Shown piece by piece: positions 20,918-35,421 of a DNA stretch of 64,000 nucleotides. The notes beneath the pieces are model-generated. The model did no database searches. It was given only the letters and a program-made list of their open reading frames with translations, and was not told the origin of the DNA. The DNA comes from Macrostomum lignano (Eukaryota), in NCBI GenBank assembly GCA_002269645.1, contig NIVC01001519.1:186001-250000 (forward strand). Reading direction: 5' to 3'. Both the position numbers and the translations under genes were made by a program. Each line of letters starts with the position of its first letter. Positions within the stretch are counted from its first letter, which is position 1.

Positions 20918-23900
20918 TCACTTCTTCGTGCTCAAATCCAGCACACCGTCCGTGCAGTCAGGGTTGGAGTCCTGTTGCAAAGCCGTCAAGCCAGTTGTCG
21001 GGGATGTCGAAAGCAGAGGCAGCGGCGCCGCCGACTGAGGCGGAGGCGGAGGCGGCGGCGGCGGCAGCATCTGGTGCTGATGATAATGATGAAGATTCTG
21101 CCTGGCTGAATGTCCAGCCGAGCTGTTTCGCTGAGTCTGCTGATGAGGCGGCCGGCCGCGAGTGGGCTGGTGACTGGACGAGGCTAGAGAGGATTTTCTA
21201 CCAGCCTGACTGTTGCCATGGTGATGCTGCTGGTACTGCTGCACATGATGCTGCCTCTGCTGTTGCTGCTGCCTGGCTGAGGCAGACTTGACGCTGGAGT
21301 TGTGAGACTTGCCAGAGAAACTATTGTTAGTTAAAGATGAAGATGACAATGTCGACGAGGTCGCCGAAGGTCCGGCGAAGCTGCCGCCGTATGCTGCGGC
21401 GGCGGCTGCGGCAGCCCCGTAGGCGCCGCCGTTGACTCCGGCAGCGCCGCCGAAGCCTCCGTAGTAGCCGCCGTACATCAGCGGGTTCGAGTAGGCAGCT
21501 GCGGCCGCAGCGGCATACTGAGCATAGGCCGCAGCCATCAGGGCGGTTGTTGAATCGTCCGACGTCGATGTCGAAGTCGGCATCGACAACGAGGACGACG
21601 ATGTCGATGTAGACGACTTGCCAGCGGCGGCGTAAGACGATCGCGACGCTGTTGACGACGACGCCGTTAACGTTGACGTAGCCAACGACGATGATGACGT
21701 CATCATCATCATTGCCGAATGCAGCATCGCCGGAGATGATGAAGACGACGAAACTGCGACGCTAGGCAAGCTGCCGGAGCCTCCAAGAACGTCGGCAAAG
21801 CTTCCGACACCGCCGACGCCCGACGCATAGGCTGCCATAGCAGCCTGCTGGTAGTACTGCTGCAGCTGCTTCTGCATGCTGTACGCTGACGCCGACGATG
21901 ACGACGAGTTGCCGACAGAGTTGGCGGCGCCTGGTGCTGACAGACCGCCGATTAGCTGCATGTACTGTGAATAGGCTAGCGCTTCCAGCGTGTGCTGCAG
22001 CTGAGTAGGATCCTGGCCACGGGCAGCTGCCACCCTGGCGTAGATCTCCTGGTCCTCCTGAATGCGGAAAGTGCGATTCTTATCAGCTAAGACTGCGATT
22101 CTGATTGACTCACAAGGCGATTATAATTGGCTGAGAGGACGACTCTGATTAACTGGGAGAGCGACTGTGATAGGCTGGAAGAGCGATTCTGATTGGCTGA
22201 GAGGGTGATTCGGATTGGTTGAGAGGGTGATTCTGATTGGCTGAAAGGGCGATTCTGATTGACTGAGAGAGCGACTCAGACTGGTTGAGGGGTTGAGAGG
22301 GTGATTCTGATTGGTTGAGAGGGCGATTCTGATTGGCTGAGAGCGACTCTGATTGGCTGAAAGGACGATTCTGATTGGTTGAAAGGGCGATTCTGATTGG
22401 CTGAGAGGGTGATTCTGATTGACTTGGAGGATGATTCTGATTGGCTGAGAGGGCGATTCTGATTGGTTGAGGGCGATTTTGATTGGCTAAGAGGGCAAGA
22501 CTCGAGACTGCGATTCTCCAGTGCAAATTTAATATGCTCCGTAGTTGTACCATTACACTGACCTTTTCGATCGAATACGGCACAAAGTCCTTGTGCTCGA
22601 GAAGGAACTTCTCCAGCTCGCGTCTTCTCGGTGCCCGATCCTGATAGACAAAAGCGCCAGTCTCCAAGCTCAGCACCGGTACGCGGACATCTAACATTGC
22701 CGATGAAGCCGACGCCGAGGACGGCGACGACGACGACGGCATCGCCATAAGCGACGTGCAAGCAGCTGCCGGAGCAGTCGATATCAGCGAATGAGATGAC
22801 GCGCCTGCGGCGGCGGGCGTCGCTCGCAGACTGTCAGCGCCTGTGCTGGCGGTCTCTTCGGATTCGGAGTCGCTAAGCTGCTGCATCGTCGACGTCGCTG
22901 ACGGAGTCGGCCAGTCGCCGCCGGTCGCCAGACAATGGCACAGAGCTTCAAGTCGGCGCCACAGAGCCTGCTCGGTAGGCCAACCAGAGGAGCCGCTGCC
23001 GACCCCGCCGACCGTGGCAGCGGCGGCCACGGCGGCCAAACTGAACGCCGGCAGCTGCTGATCGGCTGGGAAAGCAACGTCGGTTCTGGCGAGGCCGTGA
23101 CGAGCGGCGCCGCGCATCAACTCGGCGTCGTGTACAGCCGGCAGCCACCAATCCGGCAGGCGGTGCTGGCTCTGATACTGCTGCTGCCTGTCCGCCGAGG
23201 GCAGCAGGCGGGCCAGCCGAGACTCCAGCTGATGCTGATCCGCTGCCGCCGACCCCGACTGTGCGGCGGCGGTGGCGGCGAGCTCTTGACGCAGTTGGCG
23301 CATCAGGGCGAGGCGGCGAAAGACTCGGGCGGCCCGGTCTGGCGACACCGGATCGGCTGGCGGCCAGGCATCCGGCGTGGGCATCCGGTCGGGGATCTGG
23401 TGGGCGGTGAGCCACGGCGAAGCAGATTTAGTTGGGATTGTTTTTATAGCAAAAGATTCCCCGCTTAGCCACTATCTATCAAGGGAAGATTCCCCACTTA
23501 GACACCATCTATCAGTGGAAGATTCCCCGCTTAGCCACTATCTATCAAGGGAAGATTCCCCACTTAGACACCATCTATCAGTGGAAGATTCCCCGCTTAG
23601 CCACTATCTATCAAGGGAAGATTCCCCAATTAGACACCATATATCAATGGAAGATTCCCCGCTTAGCCATTATCGATAAGCAGAAGATTCCCCGCTTAGC
23701 CACTATCGATCAGCAGAAGATTCCCCGCTTAGCCACTATCGATAAGCAGAAGATTCCCCGCTTAGCCACTACTGATCAGCAGAAGATTCCCAGCTTAGCC
23801 ACTATCGATCAGCAGAAGATTCCCCGCTTAGCCACTATCGATAAGCAGAAGATTCCCCGCTTAGCCACTACTGATCAGCAGAAGATTCCCAGCTTAGCCA

Positions 23901-26900
23901 CTATCGATCAGCAGAAGATTCTCCGCTTAGCAACTATCGATCAGCAGAAGATTCCCCGCTTAGCCACTATCGATCAGCAGAAGTTTCCCCGCTTAGCCAC
24001 CATTTATCCGTGAAAGATCTCCCTCGCCTAGTCACCATCTATCAGTCAGCGGAAGATTCCACGCTTAGCCACCATCTATCAGCAGAAGATTCCCCAGCGA
24101 AAAAGTTCCCAGTCCCTCTCTCACCATGTAAGCAGCCCTCAGAGCATCGGCCGTAGCCAACGCGGAGGCGAATTGTTCGCCGCCAACGTCTGCAGAAGCG
24201 CGCTGGCACACTTCGCGGCACATGGTGAAATAAGCGAACAAATAAGCAGTCATAGCGGCGTCCGACTTCCTAGCCAGACTGCTAGCCAGAATTCGAAATC
24301 TGTCCCAGCTGTAGCCGCCGCATCCGCTGCCGCTCGTGCGCAACTCGACGCCGTAACTGGCCAGAGTGCGCCCGAACTCCAGCTCCTCGCGACGGCTCCA
24401 GCGAGCGTTAGGAGCGCCACCGCCGCCGCCATCGAAGTAGGCGGCCGACTGTTGATACTGCTGCTGCTGCCGGCTAGCCAGAAGCTCTAGCTGGGCTCGC
24501 CGGGCCGACTCCATGCACTCGACAGCTTGAGCCTGCTTCTGGTAAAGGCCGATGAGGCGTCGGATTCGAGCAGTCAAGTCTGTAGACGATGGAAAATGCA
24601 ACGGCTGGTGCTGCTGCTGCTCTTTCGCGCTGTCCACGATAGAGGAGTCATCAGCAATGGCGGTGCTTGTAAGCGACTCTTGTTCTTCTTGCTGCTTCCG
24701 CTCTTCCGATTGATCAATAGCGGGATCTGCTTTGACTTGAGCATCCAAGTCCATGGATTCGACGCTAGTTTGAGCTGCTGTTTCGCATTCCGTTTCCATG
24801 GCTTCTGGCTTAGCACCAGTATCTTCTGGCGTGGAATTCTCCGTCTAGAGATTGATGGTTGATAAAGCACTGGAGACTGGGGTCGAGTTGCGAAAGCTCT
24901 CGACTGGGTTATTGAGTTGACTGGGTCACTGAGTTGCGAAAGCTCAACAAAGACTGGGTGGGTCACTGAGTTGCGACAGCTCAACAAAGACTGGGTGAGT
25001 CACTGAGTTGTGAAAACACAACAAAGACTGGGTGGGTCACTGAGTTGCGAAAGCTCAACAAAGACTGGGTGGGTCACTGAGTTGCGACAGCTCAACAAAG
25101 ACTGGGTGAGTCACTGAGTTGTGAAAACACAACAAAGACTGGGTAGGTCACTGAGTTGTGAAAACACAACAAAGACTGGGTGGGTCACTGAGTTGCGAAA
25201 GCTCAACAAAGACTGGGTGGGTCACTGAGTTGCGACAGCTCAACAAAGACTGGGTGAGTCACTGAGTTGTGAAAACACAACAAAGACTGGGTGGGTCACT
25301 GAGTTGCGACAGCTCAACAAAGACTGGGTGGGTCACTGAGTTGCGAAAGCTCAACAAAGACTGGGTGGGTCACTGAGTTGCGAAAGCTCAACAAAGACTG
25401 GGTAGGTCACTGAGTTGCGAAAGCTCAACAAAGACTGGGTGGGTCACTAAGTTGTGACAGCTCAACAAAGACTGGGTAGGTCACTGAGTTGCGAAAGCTC
25501 AACAAAGACTGGGTGGGTCACTGAGTTGCGAAAGCTCAACAAAGACTGGGTGGGTCACTGAGTTGCGAAAGCTCAACAAAGACTGGGTGGGTCACTGAGT
25601 TGCGAAAGCTCAACAAAGACTGGGTGAGTCACTGAGTCGTGACAGCTCAACAAAGACTGAGTGGGTCACTGAGTTGTGACAGCTCAACAAAGACTGAGTG
25701 GGTCACTGAGTTGTGACAGCTCAACAAAGACTGAGTGGGTCACTGAGTTGTGACAGCTCAACAAAGACTGGGTGGGTCACTGAGTTGTGACAGCTCAACA
25801 AAGACTGGGTAGGTCACTGAGTTGTGACAGCTCAACAAAGACTGGGTGGGTCACTGAGTTGTGACAGCTCAACAAAGACTGGGTAGGTCACTGAGTTGTG
25901 AGAGCTCAACAAAGACTGGGTCGGTCACTGGGTTGCGAAAGCTCAACAAAGACTGAGTGGGTCACTGAGTTGTGACAGTTCAATAAAGACTGGATGGCTG
26001 AACTGAAGGCCTTCAAAACAAAAACGAACTACTAATTTAAGAACCAACGCACCTGTGATTCGACCATGGACTTTTCCTGATTAACAAGGCTCTCATCGGT
26101 CTTTGTTTCACTAATCTGCTCCTCCATCAGCTTGGAGCCTACCAACTTCTCGGCAGCAGCCGTAGTTGAAGCTTCATCAATCTGAGCTGGCGCAGTTTCC
26201 GAGTCGTGCTCAGCAGCGCTGCTACCAGACCGAGCAGCCGCGGCTATCAGCTTACGAGCCGAGGCAGTGTCGGGCAGCGGGCATCGGGCATGAAAGCACA
26301 GGCAGGGGTCGGCACGCAGAGGCGCATATCGATCCAAGCCGTGCTTGTACACTCCAATTAACAGGCTCTTGTCAGCTTGAGCGTCCCACCAATCTGTCGG
26401 CTTTTCGACATTGTCGGTATTGGGCAAATCGACACTAATTTGAGAATGATCGACGCCCGACATGATGGCTTGGCCCTGCTGCTCGCCAATGATGTGCCAC
26501 TGTAGAAAGTACAGCAGACGGATTCTGTGCAACAGCTTGTTACCAGCTTTCTCTAGATGTCGTAGGAAGCTGGGACAGCTGATGATGCGCTCGGATTCGT
26601 CATCAGTTGAAGCAGTCTGGTCCTGCTGAGCAGTGGTAGCAATGGAGTCCGGCTCGGATGACGTCATCGGCGTATCTAATCGACGCGCAGTTTTGCGACC
26701 GCGGGCGAGAGGAGCGCTAAGGCCGGAGTAGCGCAGCGCCGAGTCGCCGTCGCCGCCGACACTGCCGCTCAGCAGGTGGCCGATGAAAGCTCGAATTCGA
26801 GTGTCGCCAGTGTAAAATCGAAGGCAGCGGCTCAGCAAGGCGCGGCTTAATCGTTCAACAGCCGCTTCAGCCTCCGGTGACGTCGACGAAGCTGAAGCCG

Positions 26901-29900
26901 ACGCCGACGCCGACAAGGAGCCGACAGGAGCGGCGCAGCGGACGGCGATCTCGCGCCACCGGCCGAAACCAAATGCCATGAGGCCCTTCTCCAAGCGGAA
27001 CAGGTCGATTTTCTCCAGTTCGCTGCCGACGCCGCCGCCAGCCCGGTGATCCCGACGTCGACGTCCGCCGGCGGGGCCAAAGGCGGCTGCCGAGCTGCTG
27101 GCCGACGCTGAGCCGTCCGAATCTGCGGCAGCGTCGGAATCAGAAACGGCGCCGCTTCCGGCGCCGATAATACTCGAAGCGGCGCCGCCGCTGGCGCCGA
27201 GATCGGCGCAGCTTTCGTTAGAAACGTAGCGCGAGGTTTGCCTACGCTGTCGGGGCGCATCAACGATGAGGTCTTTGTTGGCGCTGAAATAGCTCTCGTC
27301 AACGCCGGCCTTCTGGGCCCATTTGTGCCAGAACTCCGGATCGTCCAAGTCAATGTCGGTACGATTGCCAGTCATGGAGAAGCTGGCCTGATGAAGCGGA
27401 TGAGAATATATAGTACTTATATTAATACTATTTATTAATTAGATGGGCTAATTTAACACCAAGAACAAGGACCTTTTACCGGTAAGTAGGACGGGAAACT
27501 CCATGTACGTTTCTTGGAAAATACATTGCGGAGATAGGAGGTTTTAGTTAGAAGGTTGGGGGTTCGAATCCTGACCCATTCAAAACAATTTTTGCCCAGC
27601 TGTAAAATGGGTGCCAGCATTAGCTGGGGTAATGCAAGCTGTGTGTGGCAACCTCCCCCCCCCCAGTCCTTAAACTGAACAGCCGTAAGCAGCCTTCAGT
27701 GCGTCTAAAAATCATAAAAAATGACCAGCAATTCGACTCACTGGCTTCAAGAATCAAGTTTATCATGCATAGCTTAATGATGACTGCAACAAAATTTGTA
27801 GCAATAAGATTGTACGCAGGATATAAAAATTAACTTAAGGGGTTGTGTAATCCTCCGATCGACATATCTGAGCCTCATACTACTAATATAAGTAGCTAGA
27901 CAATAGCCCACCTTGCTAAACGTGCTGCCCTTCTCGCCGGACTCAATCTGTATAGTAGTGGTCCGGCCCATGAGGATCTGGTCGATGTCCTCCTCGCAAA
28001 ACTTGTCCCCGGCATTGTCGTCGTCCATTAGAGCGCCGTAGGCGCCTTTCTTTAACAAATCTTCGACATCTTTTTTCGACGGTTGAGCCGACGTGGCGCC
28101 GCTGCTGGGGGTGCCCATGTTTTGCAGTACAGCCTTGTCTAGGCCCAACTTCAGGCTGGCCCGGTCGAACATTTCTCGTTCGTACGTGTTCCGGGTGATT
28201 AGTCTGAGCAGGGTGAGGGGGGAGGGGGTTTAAGCATTAATAGTCTCTGGCTAAATTATAATTATATTTAACTGTAAGTAAGCCTCAGGTGAAGAATCTA
28301 CTTGAGATTCTGTGTAAGTAGATAGAGAATCTACCAGAGATTCTGTGGAAGATGGAGAATCTACCAGAGATTCTGTGGAAGATGGAGAATCTACCAGAGA
28401 TTCGGTGGAATTAGATAAAGAATCTACTTGAGATTCTGTGTAATTAGATAGAGAATCTACCAGAGATTCTGTGGAATTAGATGAAGAACCTACCTGAGAT
28501 TCTGTGGAAGAAGAATAGAATCGACCTGAGATTATGGAGAAGTAGATGTAGAACCTACCTGAGATTCTGGGAGAGTAGATAGAGAATCTACCTGAGATTC
28601 TAGGAGAGTAGAAAGAAAATCTACCCGAGATCCTGAGGGAAGTAGATGGAGAATCTACCTGAGATTATGGAGAAGTAGATAGAGATCTACCTGAGATTAT
28701 GGAGAAGTAGATAGAGATACCTGAGATTATGGAGAAGTAGATAGAGATACCTGAGATTATGGAGAAGTAGATAGAGATCTACCTGAGATTTTTGGGAAGT
28801 AGATAGTGAAACTACCTGAGATTCTGGGAGAGTAGAATGAAAATCTACCCGAGATCTTGAGGGAAGTAGATGGAGAATCTACCTGAGATTCTGAGGGAAG
28901 TGGCCGGATTGAGAATCCACCAGAGATTCTGAGAGAGAGGTTGGATGGAGACTCTACCTGAGATTCTGGAGTAAGCAGGAGTCAGCAGGATTCTGAATCC
29001 AAAATTTATTGTTTGTACATGTTCCTACTGATCACTATTAGGTCAAGTCTGACTGCAAATCAATTCTATTTACCTGTAAACCTTAACAGATTTCTCCTGT
29101 CCAATCCGGTGACACCTGGCCTGAGCCTGCAGGTCATTCTGCGGATTCCAGTCGGAGTCGTAGATAATAACGGTATCGGCAGCGGTCAGGTTAATCCCTA
29201 ATCCACCAGCCTTGGTGCACAGCAGGAACACGAACTTATTTGGATCGTTGCTAAACCTGTCAATGGCCTCCTGACGCTGCAGGCCGTGAATTCTACCGTC
29301 AATCCGTTCATACTGATACTGCATATGAATGAGAAAGTCTTCAATAATGTCCAACACGCGGACCATCTGGGAGAACATGAGGACTTTGTGGCCGCCTTGG
29401 AGCAGTTTTGGTAGCAGTTTGTGCACCAGCACCAGCTTGCCGGATGCGTACACCAAGGCTTGGAACTGGTACTCCTGGCTGTCCATGTCCTGGTACTGAT
29501 GACGCAACTCCGACATGATGTTGTCCTCGGCGCCTTTGATGAGGAACGGATGATTGCAGCACTTGCGCAGCTCCATCATAGTGTTCATCAGGTTGGGCGT
29601 ATTGCTGCTGGTGGCACCTTTGCTTAGGAATGCAAAGTTCCTTTCCAGTATGGCTCTGTAGTATTTCTTCTGAATGTTTGTCAGCTCGACTTCGATAATG
29701 GTTTCCTCTTTTGGCGCGATCGATTTTTCTACGTCTTCTTTTAGACGGCGCAGCATCATTGGCTTGAGAGTGGCTTTCAGGTTGTCCACCTGGGACTCGG
29801 TTTTCAAGTCACCGAATTCGGCTAGGAATGCCTGAGATGAGAGATCATTAAATAGGAATAATTATAATGTACGCTGCGTTTGATGGCGTGTGACAAAATA

Positions 29901-32900
29901 CTTGGAATGGCCTCTGCCTGAGATTCTGAGGGAGTGGAAGAAAACACCTGAGATTCTGAGGGGATGGATAGTCTACCTGAGATTCTGAGGGGATGGAGAG
30001 TCTACCTGAGATTCTGAGGGGGATGGATAGTCTACCTGAGATTCTGATATTTAGATAGAAACTCTACCAGAGATTCTGAGGGGTTGGAAAGTCTACCTGA
30101 GATTCTGAGGGGGATGGAGAGTCTACCTGAGATTCTGAGGGGAAGGAGAGGCTACCTGAGATTCTGAGGGGGATGGAGAGTCTACCTGAGATTCTGAGGG
30201 GATGGAGAGGCTACCTGAGATTCTGAGGGGGATGAAGAGTCTACCTGAGATTCTGAGGGGGGGGGAGGTGGAGAATCAACCAGATACTAGGAGAGTAGAT
30301 AGAGAATTTACCTGAATTTCTGGGGGAGTAGACGGCGTATCTCTCTGATTTTTTAGGGAAGTAGATAGAGAATCTACCTGAGATTCTGAGGGAGTAGATA
30401 ACCTGAGATTCTGTAAAGTAGATAGAGAATCTACCTGAGATTCTGGGGGAGCGGATGAAACCCTACCCGATAATCTCACACAGGTAGGAAACTCACCTGA
30501 GAGCAAGGGAAGCTCTCCGGCTCAAGAAAGTTGAGCAGACTAAACAATTCTTCAACATTATTTTGCAACGGGGTGCCGGTGAGCAGTACCCTATGCTCCA
30601 GTCTCAAATAGCGAAGTCCCTCGCCAAGTTTGCACTTTTTATTCTTCAACCGATGCGCCTCGTCAATAACGGACACGCGCCATTCGATTTGGCCGAAAAA
30701 TTCGATGTCAGTCATTAGAATCTCGTAAGTAGTGATTAAAGCGTTGAACTTGTAGCAGTGTTTGATGATCTTCTCCTTGGAGTCGCGATGATGAATCTCG
30801 TACTGTTGCAGCATCAGCCTGGACGCTGTGGAGCCGTGATAGACAACCACATTCATGTCTGTCCAATTCTCGAACTCGCGCTGCCAGTTGCCAATAGTTG
30901 ACAGCGGCACAATCACTAGGAATGGGCCTTTGATGCCGTAGTCGAATACCTGAAGCCAAACATGTTGTCATAATAACTGACCTAAATCTGACAATCAAGT
31001 CATAATAACTGACCTAAATCTGACAATCAAGTCATAATAACTGACCTAAATCTGACAATCAAGTCATAATAACTGACCTAAATCCGACTATCAAGTCATA
31101 ATAACTGACCTAAATCTGACTATCAAGTCATAATAACTGACCTAAATCTGACATTCAAGTCATAATAACTGACCTAACTCTGACATTCAAGTCACAACAA
31201 CTAACCTAACTCTGACATTCAACTCGTAATAACTGACCTAAATCTGACAATCGTCATAATAACTGACCTAAATCTGACATTAAAGTCATTATAACTGACC
31301 TAAATCTGACATTCAAGGCACAACAACTGACCTAAATCTGACATTCAAGTCACAACAACTGACCTAAATCTGACAATCGTCATAATAACTGACCTAACTC
31401 TGACAATCGTCATAATAACTGACCGAAAGCTGACAATCAAGTCATAAACTGACCTAAATCTGACTATCAAATCATATCAACTGACCCAAACTGACAATCA
31501 AGTCATAATAACTGACCTAACTCTGACAGTAAAGTCACAACAACTGAATTCTAAATCTAACATTTTAAGTCACAACAACTGACTTAAATCTGACATTTCA
31601 AATACTAATAAACCAACTCACCTCCTTCAAAAACGTGATAGACTGCACAGTCTTTCCCAGGCCCATCTCGTCAGCCAGAATGCAATTCCTGCCGTGATAC
31701 CAGCAGTAAGTCAGCCAGTTAACACCTTCCAGCTGATAGTCTCTCAGCTGATTACCGCCCTTGTACACTCGGCCAGCTTCAATCTGCCGGCCAAGCCAAG
31801 CGTCCGGATCGTCTGGCCGGGCTGTCCGATGCCGTCGCTCGGTCTCAGACGGCGGCTGAGAGTTCCTATTGTACTCTTTAATCTTGGCCGACGGTACGTC
31901 TTCTGTCCGCTCCCAGGTGGCATCATCGTAGGGCAGCGAACGCCACTTGACCAGATAGTAGGTGCAATCGTTGACCGTCTGACAGTCCAGCACCCTGTCC
32001 GCTTCGATGTAATCCGGATTAAACAGATCCTCATCTTCCTGCTGTTGTTCGGCGCCAGTAGCCGGTGCCTGTTGCATTTGTAGCGACGATGTCGACGACG
32101 AGGGTGTCAATAAGACGCACTTGCCAGCGGCCAGCTTGGCTTGCTTGTGCCGTTTCACTTTCTGCGCAAATCGGGGATCGCCAATTTCGTTGGCTGTGCG
32201 CCATTCGCAGTGCAGGTAGGACCTGCAATAGTAATTCAAGGTCAAAGGTTAAACTAATTGCCCATTCCGCCGACTTCTGAACACATGCAAGCATACACAC
32301 CACGCTCGCACAGGGTCTACACAAAGACTACTCGAGGAGATTTTGATCAGTTTTGATAGGAGGCAGACCTAATGCTCAGCTTTTGATATAGGTCTGAAAC
32401 TAACTGTTTTTGTGCTGTAGAAATGAAAACTTCCATTACTGGGGGAATTGCTGAGTTGTCAAGGCTTACTGGGGGAATTTCTGAGATGTCAAGGCTTACT
32501 GGGGAATTGCTGAGATGTCAAGGCTTCGGGGGGGGGAATTGCTGAGATGTCAAGGCTTCCGGGGGGAATTTCTGAGATGCAAAGACTGAGAGGTCAGAAG
32601 ATACATGTAGTTATTCTAAACTTTTTATTACATTTTTGGGCTCCCCATCAGGGTGGGGGCTGATTGCTAGTGATTAAACCATCTAAAAACCACGTGACCC
32701 AGTATATTTTGGAATTGCCATGACATGTACGCGCCTTATTGAGACAACAATTTTATCACGTGACGCAATGTACACGCTAATGTACTCACATTCCCCGGTA
32801 TTTGACATAGTACTCTTCAACTTCTTCTTCTTCATCTTCCACTTCTTCAAGTTTGCCATTTTTATCAGATTTTTCCTCTTCTATGTTGTCTTCTTCATCC

Positions 32901-35015
32901 GTTGCTGCTTCAGTTTTGAGTAGGGCGCTTGAGTGCTCCTTGGATGCAGATTCTGACTTTTCAGCTTTTGGTGTTTCTGCTTCTGGAATTGCTGCTTCTG
33001 GAATTGCTGCTTCTAGTTTAGCCTCCTTCAGATCGGAGGATGAGGCAAACGATTCCGTGGAGAATTTAGTTGAACCATTGTCAGCATTGTCTTCGCTAGT
33101 TGCCAGCTGTTGCTGCTGCTGGGAAAGAGCCCGTCTCACAGGTCGAGTTGACAGCCTCACTCCAAGGATCCGTTCGACTACGCGGGTGTCTTCGGCCTGG
33201 ATATTTTTTGAATTGTAGTTGATTATGCAAATTCAGCTGATACTACTTAATACATTATTAAGTAGCGTAGGACATAGGGTAAGTCACCTGACCAGATGAT
33301 CAAATCTAATTAACAAGGCGTTGCAATTTTCTACAGATTCAATCGATTTCGGAAATACTACTGCAACTGTACTAATAAAAGTAGTCATAACCGACATAAC
33401 GCATAATAAATGCGATACATTTTTCCAGGGGTGGAAATATATATGCACGGGCAATTATATCTTGGGCGATTCTCAGGGGGCGGATAGTCAGAATGGGGCG
33501 ATTCTCAGGGGGCGGATAGTCAGAATGGGGCGATTCTCAGGGGCGGACAATCAGAATGGGGCGATTCTCAGGGAGCGGATAGTCAGGATGGGGTGATTCT
33601 CAGGGGTCGGATAGTCAGGATGGGGTGATTCTCAGGGGTCGGATAGTCAGGATGGGGCGATTCTCAGGGGTCGGATAGTCAGGATGGGGCGATTCTCAGG
33701 GAGCGGATAGTCAGGATGGGGCGATTCTCAGGGGTCGGATAGTCAGAATGGGGTGATTCTCAGGGGTCGGATAGTCAGGATGGGGCGATTCTCAGGGAGC
33801 GGATAGTCAGGATGGGGCGATTCTCAGGGGTCGGATAGTCAGAATGGGGTGATTCTCAGGGGTCGGATAGTCAGGATGGGGCGATTCTCAGGGGCGGACA
33901 ATCAGAATGGGGCGATTCTCAGGGAGCGGATAGTCAGGATGGGGCGATTCTCAGGGAGCGGATAGTCAGGATGGGGTGATTCTCAGGGGTCGGATAGTCA
34001 GGATGGGGTGATTCTCAGGGGTCGGATAGTCAGGATGGGGCGATTCTCAGGGGTCGGATAGTCAGGATGGGGCGATTCTCAGGGAGCGGATAGTCAGGAT
34101 GGGGCGATTCTCAGGGGTCGGATAGTCAGAATGGGGTGATTCTCAGGGGTCGGATAGTCAGGATGGGGCGATTCTCAGGGGCGGACAATCAGAATGGGGC
34201 GATTCTCAGGGAGCGGATAGTCAGGATGGGGTGATTCTCAGGGGTCGGATAGTCAGGATGGGGCGATTCTCAGGGGTCGGATAGTCAGAATGGGGCGATT
34301 CTCAGGGGCGGACAATCAGAATGGGGCGATTCTCAGGGAGCGGATAGTCAGGATGGGGTGATTCTCAGGGGTCGGATAGTCAGGATGGGGTGATTCTCAG
34401 GGGTCGGATAGTCAGGATGGGGCGATTCTCAGGGGTCGGATAGTCAGGATGGGGCGATTCTCAGGGAGCGGATAGTCAGGATGGGGCGATTCTCAGGGGT
34501 CGGATAGTCAGAATGGGGAGATTCTCAGGGGTCGGATAGTCAGGATGGGGCGATTCTCAGGGGTCGGATAGTCAGAATGGGGCGATTCTTAGGGAGCGGA
34601 AAGTCAACCTTGAGCGATTCTCAGGGGGCGGATAGTCAGAATGGGACGATTGAATTGGGCGATTGAATTGGGCGATTCTCAGGGGCGGATACACTGGTCT
34701 CTCTCTCTCTCTCCCTCCCTCTCTCACCTTGCCGTCGCCGTCTTCGCTGCGACCGCCATCATCATCGCCGCTGTCTTCTCCGTCGCTGTCGCTGTCCTCG
34801 GCTATGGAGACTGGCCGGCGTGTCGCCGCTCGACCAGACCGACGCGAACTTGTCGATGCAGACGCCTGATGCTGCTGAAAAAAATCAAGCGTAGTTGTTG
34901 GCGCAGCACAACTTGGCGAAGCAACCGGGTCCTCTAGTTTAGACGTTTTACTTTTACAATCGTTCGTCGGTGAACGAGCGGACCGCTTCCGGCTGGCTAG
35001 AGCGACTGCGCTCAT
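20918..35015 (-). CDS. CHD7: Group III CHD chromatin remodeller (CHD7/8/9, kismet-like), core exons
   Basis: Exons (minus): ~35005-34728, 33196-32790, 32222-31622, 30949-30497, 29831-29074, 28203-27912, 27387-26053, 24844-24125, 23396-22563, 22057-20918, all GT-AG and phase-compatible. Double chromodomain ([15 protein letters not shown]|SYLHCEW; [17 protein letters not shown]), [47 protein letters not shown] domain ([18 protein letters not shown]). Confidence 0.95.
22085..22500. repeat. 22-bp intronic minisatellite
   Basis: GATTCTGATTGGCTGAGAGGGC units in the last CHD intron. Confidence 0.9.
23440..24100. repeat. 33-bp intronic minisatellite
   Basis: AGAAGATTCCCCGCTTAGCCACTATCGATCAGC units. 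Confidence 0.9.
24880..25995. repeat. 37-bp intronic minisatellite
   Basis: AAAGACTGGGTGGGTCACTGAGTTGCGAAAGCTCAAC units. Confidence 0.95.
27545..27665 (+). mobile_element. Possible tRNA-derived SINE relic in a CHD intron
   Basis: Pol III B-box GGTTCGAATCC at 27561-27571, followed by CCAGCTGTAAAATGGGTGCCAG, which resembles central cores of invertebrate SINEs. Confidence 0.4.
28290..28985. repeat. ~30-bp degenerate intronic minisatellite
   Basis: ATCTACCTGAGATTCTG-based units. Confidence 0.85.
29915..30470. repeat. ~30-bp intronic minisatellite related to 28290-28985
   Basis: GTCTACCTGAGATTCTGAGGGGGATGGAGA units. Confidence 0.85.
30965..31595. repeat. 32-bp intronic minisatellite
   Basis: ATAACTGACCTAAATCTGACAATCAAGTCATA units. 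Confidence 0.9.
32440..32582. repeat. Short ~30-bp intronic tandem repeat
   Basis: GGGGAATTGCTGAGATGTCAAGGCTT units. Confidence 0.8.
33465..34690. repeat. 32-bp intronic minisatellite
   Basis: GATTCTCAGGGGTCGGATAGTCAGGATGGGGC units. Confidence 0.95.
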
Positions 35016-35379
35016 TATAATATTATAATTTTCACCGGACGGTAGTTTCACTTTCCAATTAACTATATTGTTTCAGAATAGATCAGCTCTATAGAGGCTC
35101 ACACTGGCCCAGCGGAGAGCAGTGCAGTGAGTTGATCGAGGAGGATGAGGCGGTTTGCCCGAATGAGAGATGACTCTGGCCAACAGCTTCCTTTCCTAAA
35201 TATCCCCTTCTTTCTATCCGACCAGACCTCCCAACCCTCCTCACAACTCCCTCCCCTTCCCTCAGCACCGACAACTCCGCCCCCACCGCCGCCCCGCATC
35301 CAAATTCCACTCACAATTCTCCACTTCTGAGCCAGGGGCCAGCAGATTCCTCCCTCTCTCTCATCACAAAGTCTCAAAG

Positions 35380-35421
<42 letters not shown>

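Noticed and set aside
20893-32280. Plus-strand ORFs overlapping CHD exons (e.g. 20893..21291, 22935..23468, 31694..32083)
   Set aside because: Antisense shadows of GC-rich coding exons; no domain motifs.
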